This document shows, piece after piece, positions 9,329 through 18,448 of a DNA stretch of 64,000 nucleotides. The position numbers and the translations under genes are program-made. This DNA is from a virus. The notes below the pieces were generated by a model that worked only from the letters and a program-made list of their open reading frames with translations, did no database searches and was not told the origin of the DNA. The stretch lies in IMG/VR virus record IMGVR_UViG_3300013901_000001. The stretch is one strand, 5' to 3'. The number at the start of each line of letters is the position of its first letter. Position 1 is the first letter of the stretch.

Positions 9329-10024
9329 GTGAAAGGAAAACGAACGTTTGACATAAAGCTTGTTAGTTCCGACGCTTTTCTTAATATGCCGATATCTGCA
9401 CAATGTTTATTCTTCCACCTTTGCATCAGGGCAGACGATGAAGGATTTGTTGACCGTGTAAAAAGCATTATAAAACAGTGCGGTGCTACGGATGAAGATT
9501 TGGAAGTGTTGAAGAAAAAGAGATACGTTCTTACATTTCCAGAATCGAATGTCATCGTGATTAAACACTGGAAACTTCACAATCTGATTGACAAGGACGA
9601 GTTTGAACCTACGGTATATGCCGAGGAAAAGTCAAAACTGTACGAAAAAGAGAACGGTGCTTATACCTTTGATTCACGCAAGGCTGAAAAGTTGAGTGAA
9701 AAATTGAGTATCTGTGAACGGAAAACTCAATTAGATACTGTAAAAGAAGTGATTTCCTATTTAAACGAGAAATGCGGTACGAAATACCGTTACTCCACGC
9801 TTGCTAATCAGAGAGGAATCGTTGCAAGGCTTAATGAGGGAAATTACACCGTTGAAGATTTTAAGGCAGTGATTGATAAAAAGGTGGCTGATTGGGGCAA
9901 TAACCCTACAATGTGCACCTATTTACGACCGGAAACTTTGTTCGGAAACAAGTTTGAAAGCTATCTTAATCAGTTATCTTCTTCCGGAAAAACTGAATTT
10001 GACGAATGGGGTGATTGCCGTTGA
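9329..10024 (+). CDS. phage replisome organizer / DnaD-like replication protein
   Basis: C-terminal block VISYLNEKCGTKYRYS...IVARLNEGNYTVEDFKAVIDKKVADWGNNPTMCTYLRPETLFGNKFESYL resembles the conserved phage replication-protein C-terminus (from memory). Confidence 0.6.
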   Translation: MKGKRTFDIKLVSSDAFLNMPISAQCLFFHLCIRADDEGFVDRVKSIIKQCGATDEDLEVLKKKRYVLTFPESNVIVIKHWKLHNLIDKDEFEPTVYAEEKSKLYEKENGAYTFDSRKAEKLSEKLSICERKTQLDTVKEVISYLNEKCGTKYRYSTLANQRGIVARLNEGNYTVEDFKAVIDKKVADWGNNPTMCTYLRPETLFGNKFESYLNQLSSSGKTEFDEWGDCR

Positions 10025-10647
10025 CACGTGATGAAACAATAGAAATTTTGATGATGGTTCAAGCAGCTTACCCGAATTTTAACGTACCGGACAAAAAAGT
10101 CACGGTCAACACATGGTTTCTCTTCTTTGAGAATTACTCGGTTGATGTGATTAAGGGAGCATTAATGGCATACATCACAAGTGATAAGAACGGATTCGCT
10201 CCGGCAATCGGACAGATTATCGAAATTGCAGAGTCCATGACAAACGCACAGGAACTTGACAGTATGGCGGCGTGGTCTCTTGTCAGTAAGGCATTGCGAA
10301 ATGGATATTATCACGCAAGGGAAGAGTTTGAAAAACTGCCGAAACTGGTACAACAAGCGGTCGGAAGTCCGGACAATCTTCGAAATTGGAGTACATCGGA
10401 TTATAGTGCGATTGAAACCGTGATTCAAAGTAACTTCTTACGGTCTTACCGGATATGCGTTGAACGTGATAAGAAGATGCGTTGTATGCCGGAACAAATC
10501 AGAAACCAGATCGAAAACAATATACCTGTTTTTCATCTTCCGGAATCAGAACCGAAACCGATGATTGAGCAAAATAAAACGGACGGAATTTCAGAAAAAA
10601 CGGAAAAGTTGCTGGAAGAGTTTAAAAGAAAGGAAATGATGAATTGA
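10015..10647 (+). CDS. putative helicase loader (G39P-like)
   Basis: N-terminal pattern ETIEILMMVQAAYPNFNV...TVNTWFLFFENYSVDVIKGALMAYI resembles the SPP1 G39P family (from memory). Sits directly after the replisome organizer. Confidence 0.5.
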   Translation: MPLTRDETIEILMMVQAAYPNFNVPDKKVTVNTWFLFFENYSVDVIKGALMAYITSDKNGFAPAIGQIIEIAESMTNAQELDSMAAWSLVSKALRNGYYHAREEFEKLPKLVQQAVGSPDNLRNWSTSDYSAIETVIQSNFLRSYRICVERDKKMRCMPEQIRNQIENNIPVFHLPESEPKPMIEQNKTDGISEKTEKLLEEFKRKEMMN

Positions 10648-11054
10648 TGAAAGATTATTGTATTTTCCACGAACGAATGAAAAGCAGAATGAATCTTTGT
10701 TGTATGACCGGAAGAGAACTTTCCGAAAAGACGGGAATAACAGAAGTTTCAATAAGCAGATATTTAACAGGGCAAAGAGTTCCAAAAGCGACAGAAATAA
10801 TAAAAATTGCAAATGCTTTGAATTGCTCTTGTGATTATCTTTTAGGAAAAAATCCGAAGAAAAATTTATCCGTCAAAGAAGCTATCAATATTCTTGAATT
10901 AAATAGACCTTTTGAAGAAAATGAACTTCAAAATGCGCTTGATATTGCGATCGAATCGTTAAAAATGCAAATAAAAATGGAAAAAGAATGTTCTGCTTAT
11001 GATGAGTGCCGCAAGTGTAATATTTGCCTTAGCGATTTCATTATAGAAAAGTAA
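10644..11054 (+). CDS. XRE-family HTH protein
   Basis: MTGRELSEKTGITEVSISRYLTGQRVPKATEIIKIANALNCSCDYLLG. Confidence 0.7.
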   Translation: MMKDYCIFHERMKSRMNLCCMTGRELSEKTGITEVSISRYLTGQRVPKATEIIKIANALNCSCDYLLGKNPKKNLSVKEAINILELNRPFEENELQNALDIAIESLKMQIKMEKECSAYDECRKCNICLSDFIIEK

Positions 11055-11096
11055 ATGAACGGAAATATGAATATCCGGTATTGAGAAAGGATCTTT

Positions 11097-11300
11097 ATGA
11101 AGCAAACATTTATAGTAGGAATCGAAACTAATCACAAAAGTTTTAATTCTTGGATTGCGGAACATGACAAGACAGTAAGAGAGAAAGCACTCGATGATGC
11201 GATTCTTTATTTTGAAAAGCACGCACACGAGATATACGATCATGTGAGTGCAAGAGATTTTATTTGTGACAGGTTGGAAGAACTGAAAAACAAAAAATAA
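11097..11300 (+). CDS. hypothetical protein
   Basis: ORF track only. Confidence 0.45.
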   Translation: MKQTFIVGIETNHKSFNSWIAEHDKTVREKALDDAILYFEKHAHEIYDHVSARDFICDRLEELKNKK

Positions 11301-11317
11301 AAATGGAGGGTTTTAAA

Positions 11318-11887
11318 ATGAAAGCATGGAGAAAAGTAAAAATGGAGATCAAAAACTATAAGGTCGGAGATCAGATCGCGGTGAAACTCAAAGGTTTTGG
11401 GAAATTTACGGCTACGGCGCAGAGAGTTTATGACGATGGAAAAACGCTGTTTCTTTTCGATAACTGCGTTGCAGAACGGCATATGAACGAAAACGGTTCA
11501 AATTCCGGAGGTTTTTATGAATCCGACTTATGCAAGTGGATGAATACAAAATTGGTGAAAACTTTTCCTGCTAAACTTCTTGACCGCATGATTTATACGG
11601 ACGAAGAGCATGAATGTCTGCTTCGAATTCCGACAAGAAAGGAAATGTTCGGAGAGAATGAATATAGCGAAAATTACGAACCTGATTTAGACAAACAGCT
11701 TGAACTTATGAAAGACAGAAAAAATCGTGTATGCTCACTTCCTGATGATGAATATGCATGGTATTGGTTGATGAACGCGAATATCCGGTCGTCGTCTGGC
11801 TTCGCTTGTGTCCCTAGCCGTGGCACTGCGCTCACCGGCGACGCGTCTGCCTCCCTCGGGGTTCGTCCGGCTTTCCTAATCAAGTAA
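11318..11887 (+). CDS. DGR target protein 2 (paralog of 4602..5168)
   Basis: ATG at 11318 aligns with the paralog start (MKAWRKVKMEIKNYKVGDQ vs MKVKRTVTMKVSHFGVGDQ). The C-terminus WYWLMNANIRSSSGFACVPSRGTALTGDASASLGVRPAFLIK is encoded by VR2. Confidence 0.85.
   Translation: MKAWRKVKMEIKNYKVGDQIAVKLKGFGKFTATAQRVYDDGKTLFLFDNCVAERHMNENGSNSGGFYESDLCKWMNTKLVKTFPAKLLDRMIYTDEEHECLLRIPTRKEMFGENEYSENYEPDLDKQLELMKDRKNRVCSLPDDEYAWYWLMNANIRSSSGFACVPSRGTALTGDASASLGVRPAFLIK
11783..11869 (+). repeat. DGR variable region VR2
   Basis: Hand alignment to TR. 19 differences, all at TR adenines. Confidence 0.85.
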
Positions 11888-11896
11888 TCATTAATC

Positions 11897-11915
11897 CGCG
11901 CCCCTTGTGGGCGTG
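11897..11915 (+). promoter_or_regulatory. GC-rich hairpin downstream of VR2
   Basis: Same sequence as 5178..5196. About 60 nt from the VR 3' end through the hairpin is identical in both loci. Confidence 0.6.
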
Positions 11916-11953
11916 GAAATGGAAGTAAAATTAAAATTTCGGAGGTAAAGTAG

Positions 11954-12541
11954 ATGGCACGATATAGAGCAAAATCATGTGAAATTGAAGCAATTCAATG
12001 GACTGATAATACAAATGAAATAAAATCATTTTGTGGAAATAGTTGCACATATTCCGTAGAAGAACAGTGCATGGGAAGTTGGAAAGGCATTCCGATCGAG
12101 AGATTGGTTATTCACACATTGGAAGGAGATATGGTTGTAAGCAGAAACGACTACATCATAAAAGGATTGAAAGGTGAATTTTATCCATGCAAGCCAGATG
12201 TATTTAACCAAAAGTATAAATTAATAAATGATACTATGGAAATACAAGAAGAGCAGAGATGGATACCGGTAACTGAAAGGCTGCCGGAAGAACTTACACC
12301 AGTAAATATTACGTGGATAAATAGAAATCCTGAACAATATTATGCGGATATAAAGGATGTTCCTTTTTCCGCTACAGGAGTTTTTCATCGCGGAAAGTGG
12401 TATTGGTGGTCGGTAGTAGTTGTTGATTATCTTTCGGAATATGGAAGATATGACATGGATTTAGTAGATAAAGATATTGAAATTGTAGCATGGCAACCAT
12501 TACCGGATCCCTACAAAGGAGAAAATAACCACAATATGTAG
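11954..12541 (+). CDS. DUF551-like domain protein
   Basis: RWIPVTERLPEE...VAWQPLPDPY pattern typical of DUF551 (from memory). Confidence 0.55.
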   Translation: MARYRAKSCEIEAIQWTDNTNEIKSFCGNSCTYSVEEQCMGSWKGIPIERLVIHTLEGDMVVSRNDYIIKGLKGEFYPCKPDVFNQKYKLINDTMEIQEEQRWIPVTERLPEELTPVNITWINRNPEQYYADIKDVPFSATGVFHRGKWYWWSVVVVDYLSEYGRYDMDLVDKDIEIVAWQPLPDPYKGENNHNM

Positions 12542-12568
12542 CAATCCCGGATCGCAAGATTTGGTATG
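12526..12568 (+). repeat. 43-bp direct repeat, copy 1 (imperfect palindrome)
   Basis: taaccacaatatGtagcaatcccggatcgcaagatTttgGtatg. Matches 24986..25028 at about 40 of 43 positions, same orientation. Confidence 0.8.
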
Positions 12569-12584
12569 GAAAGAGAGGAAAATA

Positions 12585-12956
12585 ATGGCAAGGAGAAAAT
12601 TGTTACACATAAGTAAATTAAATGATTTTGGGGAATGGCTTGAAGAACAAGGATATATGATTTTACCAACGAGCAAAAATCCATATGAGGTTTTAAGAGC
12701 AAAAAAGGATAAGGATATAGTGATCATTTATTGCAAAGCAAGTAATAAGGAATATTTGTCCATAATGGATAAGGATTATTCCTTAATTCGTAGATTTATC
12801 AATGAAAGTAAGAAGCAAACCAATGCAGACCGGATCCGGAGCATGACGTATAAAGAGTTGGCGAGATTTCTTCTAGGATTTAAAAATACATTCGGTGAAG
12901 AATATGAAGGCGAATCGAGTTGCGTTGATTGGTTAAAATCAGAAAGTGAGGAATAA
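12585..12956 (+). CDS. hypothetical protein
   Basis: ATG at 12585 after agagagg, inside listed ORF 12561..12956. Confidence 0.5.
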   Translation: MARRKLLHISKLNDFGEWLEEQGYMILPTSKNPYEVLRAKKDKDIVIIYCKASNKEYLSIMDKDYSLIRRFINESKKQTNADRIRSMTYKELARFLLGFKNTFGEEYEGESSCVDWLKSESEE

Positions 12957-13163
12957 CATGAGCAAAACATATTATAAACCGCTTACGCCAAAATTAAGAG
13001 AAGAAATTAATGATGAGATAATTTCCAATATGGCAGAGTTACAAACTTGTCAAAGTAATGTGTTTGTAAACGCGCAGATGATTGGATATGAAGCGTTTTA
13101 AACTATTATCAATGCACTGCCAGACGGATATTTAATTCCATTTGAAAGAGAGTGAGGTATAGC

Positions 13164-13802
13164 ATGGAATATGGATATGTTAGAGTTTCTTCTAAAGAAC
13201 AAAATGAAGCTAGGCAACTTGACGCGCTACGCAAACAGGGCATAGAGGATTGTAATATCTACACGGACAAGCAATCCGGAAAAGATTTTAATAGACCAAA
13301 ATACAAAACTTTATATCGAAAATTAGGAAAAGGAGATATTTTGTACGTAAAAAGCATTGATCGTATGGGGAGAAATTACGACGAGATAATTCAAGAATGG
13401 CGTAGAATTACGAGATTCCGTGAGGCTGATATTGTAGTTCTAGATATGCCATTACTTGATACGAGACGAGGAAAGGATCTCATGGGTACATTCTTAAGTG
13501 ACATTGTTTTACAAGTTCTTTCTTTCGTGGCAGAAAATGAACGTACCAACATTAAGCAAAGGCAGGCAGAGGGAATTGCTGCAGCAAAAGCAAGGGGAGT
13601 GAAATTTGGTAGACCACCATTGCCAATACCGGAAAACTTTTATCAGATGTACAAAGACTGGCGGGCAGGGAAAATCACAATAGAAGAAGCTGCAAAGGCT
13701 TGTAATATGTGCCCTAAGACATTTTATAGTAAAGCTGTAAAATATGAAAGAGAGGAACAAGATGAACCAGTGTTGTGGAACGTGCAAATGGCACAGTTTT
13801 GA
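13164..13802 (+). CDS. small serine recombinase (resolvase/invertase family)
   Basis: MEYGYVRVSSKEQNEARQ catalytic-Ser N-terminus, ...DRMGRN..., C-terminal HTH (ITIEEAAKACNMCPKTFYSK). Confidence 0.85.
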   Translation: MEYGYVRVSSKEQNEARQLDALRKQGIEDCNIYTDKQSGKDFNRPKYKTLYRKLGKGDILYVKSIDRMGRNYDEIIQEWRRITRFREADIVVLDMPLLDTRRGKDLMGTFLSDIVLQVLSFVAENERTNIKQRQAEGIAAAKARGVKFGRPPLPIPENFYQMYKDWRAGKITIEEAAKACNMCPKTFYSKAVKYEREEQDEPVLWNVQMAQF

Positions 13803-14346
13803 AAATATCAGTGACGGTTGGGTATGTGTGAACAATGACAGTGATTATTGCTCGGACTGGACGGAATATGAGGACAGTTGCGAAGAATGGGGAGGGAAAG
13901 GAGTAGCCATGACAGAGAATGAAACAATAGAAATAATTGGCAATATTCCTATTGATGGAAAAGACAAGTGTTATACCATAGAGCAGTATCAGGACGCAAA
14001 AACAAAAGCAATCGAAGCACTGGAAGAGGTTAAGCAGTACCGTAGTCTTGGAACACCGAAAGAATGCCAGACCGCAATGGAACTTTATAAGGAAATGCAT
14101 AAGCGGAAGTTTACACTTGAAGCCGTGGAAGAGTACATGAAGTTTGAGGACGAACTTGTGGAACGCGGACTTACATTTAGTGACCTGATTGATCTTATGG
14201 AGAAGAATACACCGAAAAAACCGAAGTTTAACGGTAAAAACTGGTACAGATGTCACAATGGTTGCGAGGTTCATAAAAAGGAATTTGAAATGGATCGGTA
14301 TTGTCCGAAGTGCGGACAAAAAATTGGCTGGGAAGGGGTTAGATGA
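13762..14346 (+). CDS. hypothetical Cys-rich protein
   Basis: MNQCCGTCKWH... and C-terminal CHNGCEVH...YCPKCGQK zinc-ribbon-like pairs. Confidence 0.5.
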   Translation: MNQCCGTCKWHSFENISDGWVCVNNDSDYCSDWTEYEDSCEEWGGKGVAMTENETIEIIGNIPIDGKDKCYTIEQYQDAKTKAIEALEEVKQYRSLGTPKECQTAMELYKEMHKRKFTLEAVEEYMKFEDELVERGLTFSDLIDLMEKNTPKKPKFNGKNWYRCHNGCEVHKKEFEMDRYCPKCGQKIGWEGVR

Positions 14347-14848
14347 TGAAACGAAAAGAAGATTTTATGGATATTGACAAAGCAATAAGGATAGCACAAG
14401 AATACGGAAAGTGGATTTCGGTAGATAAGAGACTTCCAAAAAGAATAAGGGGGAAAAATGGAGAATATCTTCCGTCAAGTGATTATGTTGCTATATTGTC
14501 TGATTATGGAGGTGTATTTATTACTAAATACAATTTTGATTTTAAGACTTGGATAGGAAGATCGGATTATAAAATTACCCATTGGAAGCCAGTTAGGAAT
14601 AAAAAATATAGGCGCAGAAAACTAATTGATTTTATGTGGATTCCTGTTTCAAAAAGGCTACCGAAAGAAGATACTTATTGCACAAGGGATCAAGTAAACC
14701 TTGTTTAGTTGCGGCTGGAAAATACGGAGTTTTTGATGCATATTATTATTTTGAAAACCATGAATGGGTTTTTCTTGAAGAAGAATGCTATATTTCTACA
14801 AATGAAGTCACCCACTGGATGCCAATGCCAAAAGCACCGGTAAAATAA
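14343..14848 (+). pseudogene. tandem DUF551-like protein interrupted by a -1 frame change
   Basis: 14343..14708 holds WISVDKRLPK...ITHWKPV and then WIPVSKRLPKEDTY. The module continues in ORF 14636..14848 (LVAAGKYGVFDAYYYFENHEWVF...THWMPMPKAP). Confidence 0.5.
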
Positions 14849-14884
14849 AAATTATCTGCATAATAAAACAAATAATCTCATATA

Positions 14885-15115
14885 ATGAAAGGGAAACGGC
14901 TTATGAAGTTTTCAAGACTTACAAAGCCGGAACTTGAAAAAATACTTCAAAATGCCAATTTTACGAAAGACGAAGAAGAAATATTTAAGGACCTGTCTAG
15001 GGGAATTTCTGAAAAAGAAATATCCCTTAGACATTCTATATCCGTAAGTACGGTTGAAAGAAGAACACGCCGTATCAAGGAAAAAATAAAAAGATTAAAC
15101 AGGAGTGAGAAATGA
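14885..15115 (+). CDS. small sigma-70 region-4-like HTH regulator
   Basis: EEEIFKDLSRGISEKEISLRHSISVSTVERRTRRIKEKI. Overlaps the integrase start. Confidence 0.5.
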   Translation: MKGKRLMKFSRLTKPELEKILQNANFTKDEEEIFKDLSRGISEKEISLRHSISVSTVERRTRRIKEKIKRLNRSEK

Positions 15116-16359
15116 GTCTTTCTGATAACGAATTATTGAAGTATGCCGTTGAAAATGGTATGATTGACACGGCACTTTTACGAAAAGAATTAGAAATGCG
15201 CAGAAGAGAGGAGATATTATCAAAACACCCATATCGTATATGGCAAGGAAATGACGGAAGGTGGAGAACATATTTACTTCCGGAAGACGGTAAAAGGAAA
15301 ATGGTAAACCGTCAGACCGAAAAGGATTTAAAGGATGTTGTTGTTAGCTTTTATGAAGAAAACGAGAAGCATTCTTTTAAAAACCGATACGATGTATGGG
15401 TACAAAGACAAGAAAATTGTGGACGAGCAGAAAACACAATATACAAATACGAAACGGACTATGATCGTTTTTTCAAAGGAGATCCTTTTGAAAGAATGAA
15501 AGTAGAAAATATTACAGACGAAGATATTTCTTTAATGATTATTGACCTTTTAAAAAGAAAAGATATTCCATACAAGGCATTAAAGGGAATGTTTGGGTAC
15601 ATGAACGGAGTCTTTGAAAAGTGTATCATTGACAAAATTATCAAAGAAAATCCTTGTAAATACATAGATTTGCCGATATATAAGAAATACTGCAAGGAAT
15701 CAGGAGATAACAGAGTCGAAAGCAGAACATTATCTAGGGACGAAAGTAAAAGCCTTTTGGAGAAACTGGACGATTCTTACCAAAAGAAACCGAATTACAT
15801 TGTTCAATACGCTTTGGAATTTTCAATGTATACCGGAATGAGAGTGGGGGAGTTATCAGGGTTAAGTTGGGATTGCATTGATTTTGAAAGGAAGACATTG
15901 ACTATTTGCAAATCAGAAAAATTTAATCGGAAAAGCAAGACGTATTATATTTCTTCAACTAAAAATGACAAAACAAGGGTAATTCCTCTTACAAAACAAA
16001 TGGAAGAAGTGCTTTTAAAAGTCCGAAGTATAGAAGAGGAAAATGGGTTTTTAAGCGAATTTGTTTTTTCTGATTCAAACGGGAGAGTTCATTGCAGAAG
16101 AATTTCTGATTGTGCAAGAAACAGAACAATGTCGAAAGAATTTTCCAAGCCAAAAAGTATACACGCAATAAGGCGAACTGTAAACTCGGAATTACGTTGC
16201 AAAGGTGTTCCGGCAGTCGTAGCTGCATCACTTATTGGTAATACGGAAAGAGTCAACGAAAGCAATTACAGCTATGACATATCCGGAATGGAATATAAGT
16301 CTTCCGTATTCGCTGAAATAAACAAAGATATTCGTGATTACAGAAATAATCAAAAGTAA
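15112..16359 (+). CDS. int: tyrosine site-specific integrase
   Basis: Catalytic-domain landmarks (MYTGMRVGELSGLSWDCID, KSIHAIRRTVNSEL, TERVNESNYSYD). Followed directly by arm-type repeats and a tRNA 3'-end core. Confidence 0.85.
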   Translation: MSLSDNELLKYAVENGMIDTALLRKELEMRRREEILSKHPYRIWQGNDGRWRTYLLPEDGKRKMVNRQTEKDLKDVVVSFYEENEKHSFKNRYDVWVQRQENCGRAENTIYKYETDYDRFFKGDPFERMKVENITDEDISLMIIDLLKRKDIPYKALKGMFGYMNGVFEKCIIDKIIKENPCKYIDLPIYKKYCKESGDNRVESRTLSRDESKSLLEKLDDSYQKKPNYIVQYALEFSMYTGMRVGELSGLSWDCIDFERKTLTICKSEKFNRKSKTYYISSTKNDKTRVIPLTKQMEEVLLKVRSIEEENGFLSEFVFSDSNGRVHCRRISDCARNRTMSKEFSKPKSIHAIRRTVNSELRCKGVPAVVAASLIGNTERVNESNYSYDISGMEYKSSVFAEINKDIRDYRNNQK

Positions 16360-16539
16360 TCAAAAATAATCAAAATTTCAGCAAACGCGAAAGCCGAAAA
16401 ACCCAGTAAAATCAAGGGTTTGCGGACTTTTTAAAGAGTGCCGGCAGTGGGACTTGAACCCACACCGCGCCCCGAAACCCCAGTAAAATCAAGGGTTTCA
16501 GAAATGCGTGTAATCAAAATAATCAAGAAATAATCAAAA
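16347..16539 (+). other. attP-like recombination site
   Basis: Three TAATCAAAA arm repeats (16347, 16357, 16367), then a 20-nt repeat cccagtaaaatcaagggttt (16402-16421). A tRNA 3'-end core follows (16439-16469), then the same 20-nt repeat (16479-16498) and three TAATCAA(A/G)A repeats (16511, 16520, 16531). Confidence 0.7.
16439..16469 (-). other. tRNA 3'-end fragment (T arm plus 3' acceptor strand); not a complete tRNA
   Basis: The minus strand reads CGCGGT-GTGGG-TTCAAGT-CCCAC-TGCCGGC-A. No matching 5' acceptor, D arm or anticodon arm upstream. Confidence 0.7.
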
Positions 16540-16620
16540 ATTTATTACGAAAGGAGATTTCGTAAAAGTGCCGTAAATAAAAGGGTTGAGGGATATGTGA
16601 AGGAAAGTTGACGTAAAAGT

Positions 16621-16645
16621 GACGGTTTTACCGTCTTTTTTTATG
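16621..16645 (+). terminator. intrinsic terminator candidate
   Basis: gacgg-tttta-ccgtc followed by ttttttta. Confidence 0.55.
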
Positions 16646-16783
16646 TCAAAATTTAGTTACAAGGAGAAACAGTTATGTTATTTAATTTCAGTTCAGTAGA
16701 TTCTCCGGAACAACCACTTTTTCTTACGCAAGATGAAACGGACATTCTGGTAGAATCAGAAAAACTTGATAGGAGGTCAGATC

Positions 16784-17284
16784 ATGCAACCGTATGTAAA
16801 CCCGAACTACTTTAATTCTCAACCGCAATATGGAGTTGGCAATTATTATTCGTATCAACCGCAGAGGATTAATCCGGCAGAACAGAATTATACTTCTTAT
16901 GCTCCGCAGATGCAGACCGGTCCCATTCAGCAAAATCAAGGCATTCACGGAAAATTTATTCAGATGCCGGAAAACATCGTTGCAAATGATGTACCTATGG
17001 ACGGATCCGTTGCCATTTTTCCTATGCAGGATATGAGCAGTATATTTGTTAAAAGTTGGGGAGCAGACGGAAAAATCGCCACAATCGTTTTTAAGCCTGT
17101 TTTGAACGATAACCCTAACAATTTACCGTCCGATGCAGAAAAGGCGAAATTTGACCTATCAGACGAAGCCACAGCGGTATTTATGAAACGCTTTGATGAA
17201 TTGGAACAGAAGATTGAGCAGTTAAAAACTTCGCAGACGCAGAAGAAAAATTCAACTTCGCAGAGAAAGGATGACGCAGAATGA
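16784..17284 (+). CDS. hypothetical protein with Q/N/Y/P-rich N-terminus
   Basis: ATG at 16784 after ataggaggtcagatc. MQPYVNPNYFNSQPQYGVGNYYSYQPQRINPAEQNY... Confidence 0.55.
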   Translation: MQPYVNPNYFNSQPQYGVGNYYSYQPQRINPAEQNYTSYAPQMQTGPIQQNQGIHGKFIQMPENIVANDVPMDGSVAIFPMQDMSSIFVKSWGADGKIATIVFKPVLNDNPNNLPSDAEKAKFDLSDEATAVFMKRFDELEQKIEQLKTSQTQKKNSTSQRKDDAE

Positions 17285-17520
17285 TGAATATAAATCCAAT
17301 GCAGTTTATGCAGATGTTTAAAGGAAATCCACAACAGGCCATGCAACAGCTTATGGGAAATAGCCAGATCATGTCAAACCCAACAGCTAAAAACGCTTTG
17401 AATATGGCTCAAAAGGGAGATTTCAAGGGAATAGAGCAGATAGCAAGAAATATATGCAAAGAAAACGGTGTAAACCCGGAAGAAATGTACAACAACGTAA
17501 AAAATCGTTTTGGTATGTAG
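17281..17520 (+). CDS. hypothetical Q/M/N-rich small protein
   Basis: ORF track. ATGA overlap with the upstream gene. Confidence 0.5.
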   Translation: MMNINPMQFMQMFKGNPQQAMQQLMGNSQIMSNPTAKNALNMAQKGDFKGIEQIARNICKENGVNPEEMYNNVKNRFGM

Positions 17521-17587
17521 CATATTAGAGGTGCGCGCAAATCTTAAGACCTCTTTATGAAATAATTTTATTAAGGAGGACAATAAT

Positions 17588-18373
17588 ATGTTCGAATCAA
17601 ATACACCCTTTACAATGCCTGTAATGCCGGCAAATGCCGGTTATGGCAATGACGGAGCATGGGGAGACGGTGGCTGGTTATGGATTATCGTTGTGTTTGC
17701 TTTACTCTTTGGCTGGGGAAATAACGGCTGGGGAGGATTCGGCGGTGGCAACGGTGGCGGTTATGTCGCAACGGCAGCTACACAAGCAGACATTCAGCGT
17801 GGATTCGATAATTCCGCAGTAATCTCAAAACTTGACGGTATTACAAACGGATTATGTGATGGTTTCTATGCAGTAAATAACGGTATGCTTACCGGGTTTA
17901 ATGGAATCAACACAAACATCTTGCAGACCGGATACGGAATTCAACAGGCAATCAACGCAGACACAATAGCCAATATGCAGAACACAAACGCATTACAGGC
18001 TCAACTTGCGAACTGTTGCTGTGAAACACGTGAAGCTATTCAGGGCGTAAACTACAATATGGCGCAGAATGCCTGTGCATTGCAGAACACCATGAACAGT
18101 AACACAAGAGACATTATTGACAGTCAGAACGCAGGAACAAGAGCGGTGCTTGACTACTTATGTGCAAAAGAAAATGCTGATTTAAGAGATAAAGTTCAGA
18201 AACTTGAACTTGCTGCTTCTCAATCAGCACAGAACGCATATATTGCCGCTAATCAGGAAGCACAGACAGCGGAATTAATTCGTAGAATTAATCCTATGCC
18301 GGTTCCTTCATATAACGTTCCGGCACCATATCCTTATTCTGGATACGGTTGCAATGGAGGTTGCAATATTTAA
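17588..18373 (+). CDS. hypothetical membrane-anchored Gly/Trp-rich, Cys-containing protein
   Basis: aaggagg RBS. WLWIIVVFALLFGW hydrophobic segment flanked by G/W/N runs. Long Q/N/A-rich region with a CCC motif. C-terminus YGCNGGCNI. Confidence 0.6.
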   Translation: MFESNTPFTMPVMPANAGYGNDGAWGDGGWLWIIVVFALLFGWGNNGWGGFGGGNGGGYVATAATQADIQRGFDNSAVISKLDGITNGLCDGFYAVNNGMLTGFNGINTNILQTGYGIQQAINADTIANMQNTNALQAQLANCCCETREAIQGVNYNMAQNACALQNTMNSNTRDIIDSQNAGTRAVLDYLCAKENADLRDKVQKLELAASQSAQNAYIAANQEAQTAELIRRINPMPVPSYNVPAPYPYSGYGCNGGCNI

Positions 18374-18448
18374 TTTTCTGATTAGAAAATGCGGAATTGA
18401 GTTTGTGCCTAATTTCTGATATAATATATGTAAAAGGAGGTTAGGCAC

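Noticed and set aside
16439-16469. Possible complete tRNA gene downstream of the integrase.
   Set aside because: Only the T arm and 3' acceptor strand are present. Upstream sequence cannot form acceptor, D or anticodon stems. It fits an att core.
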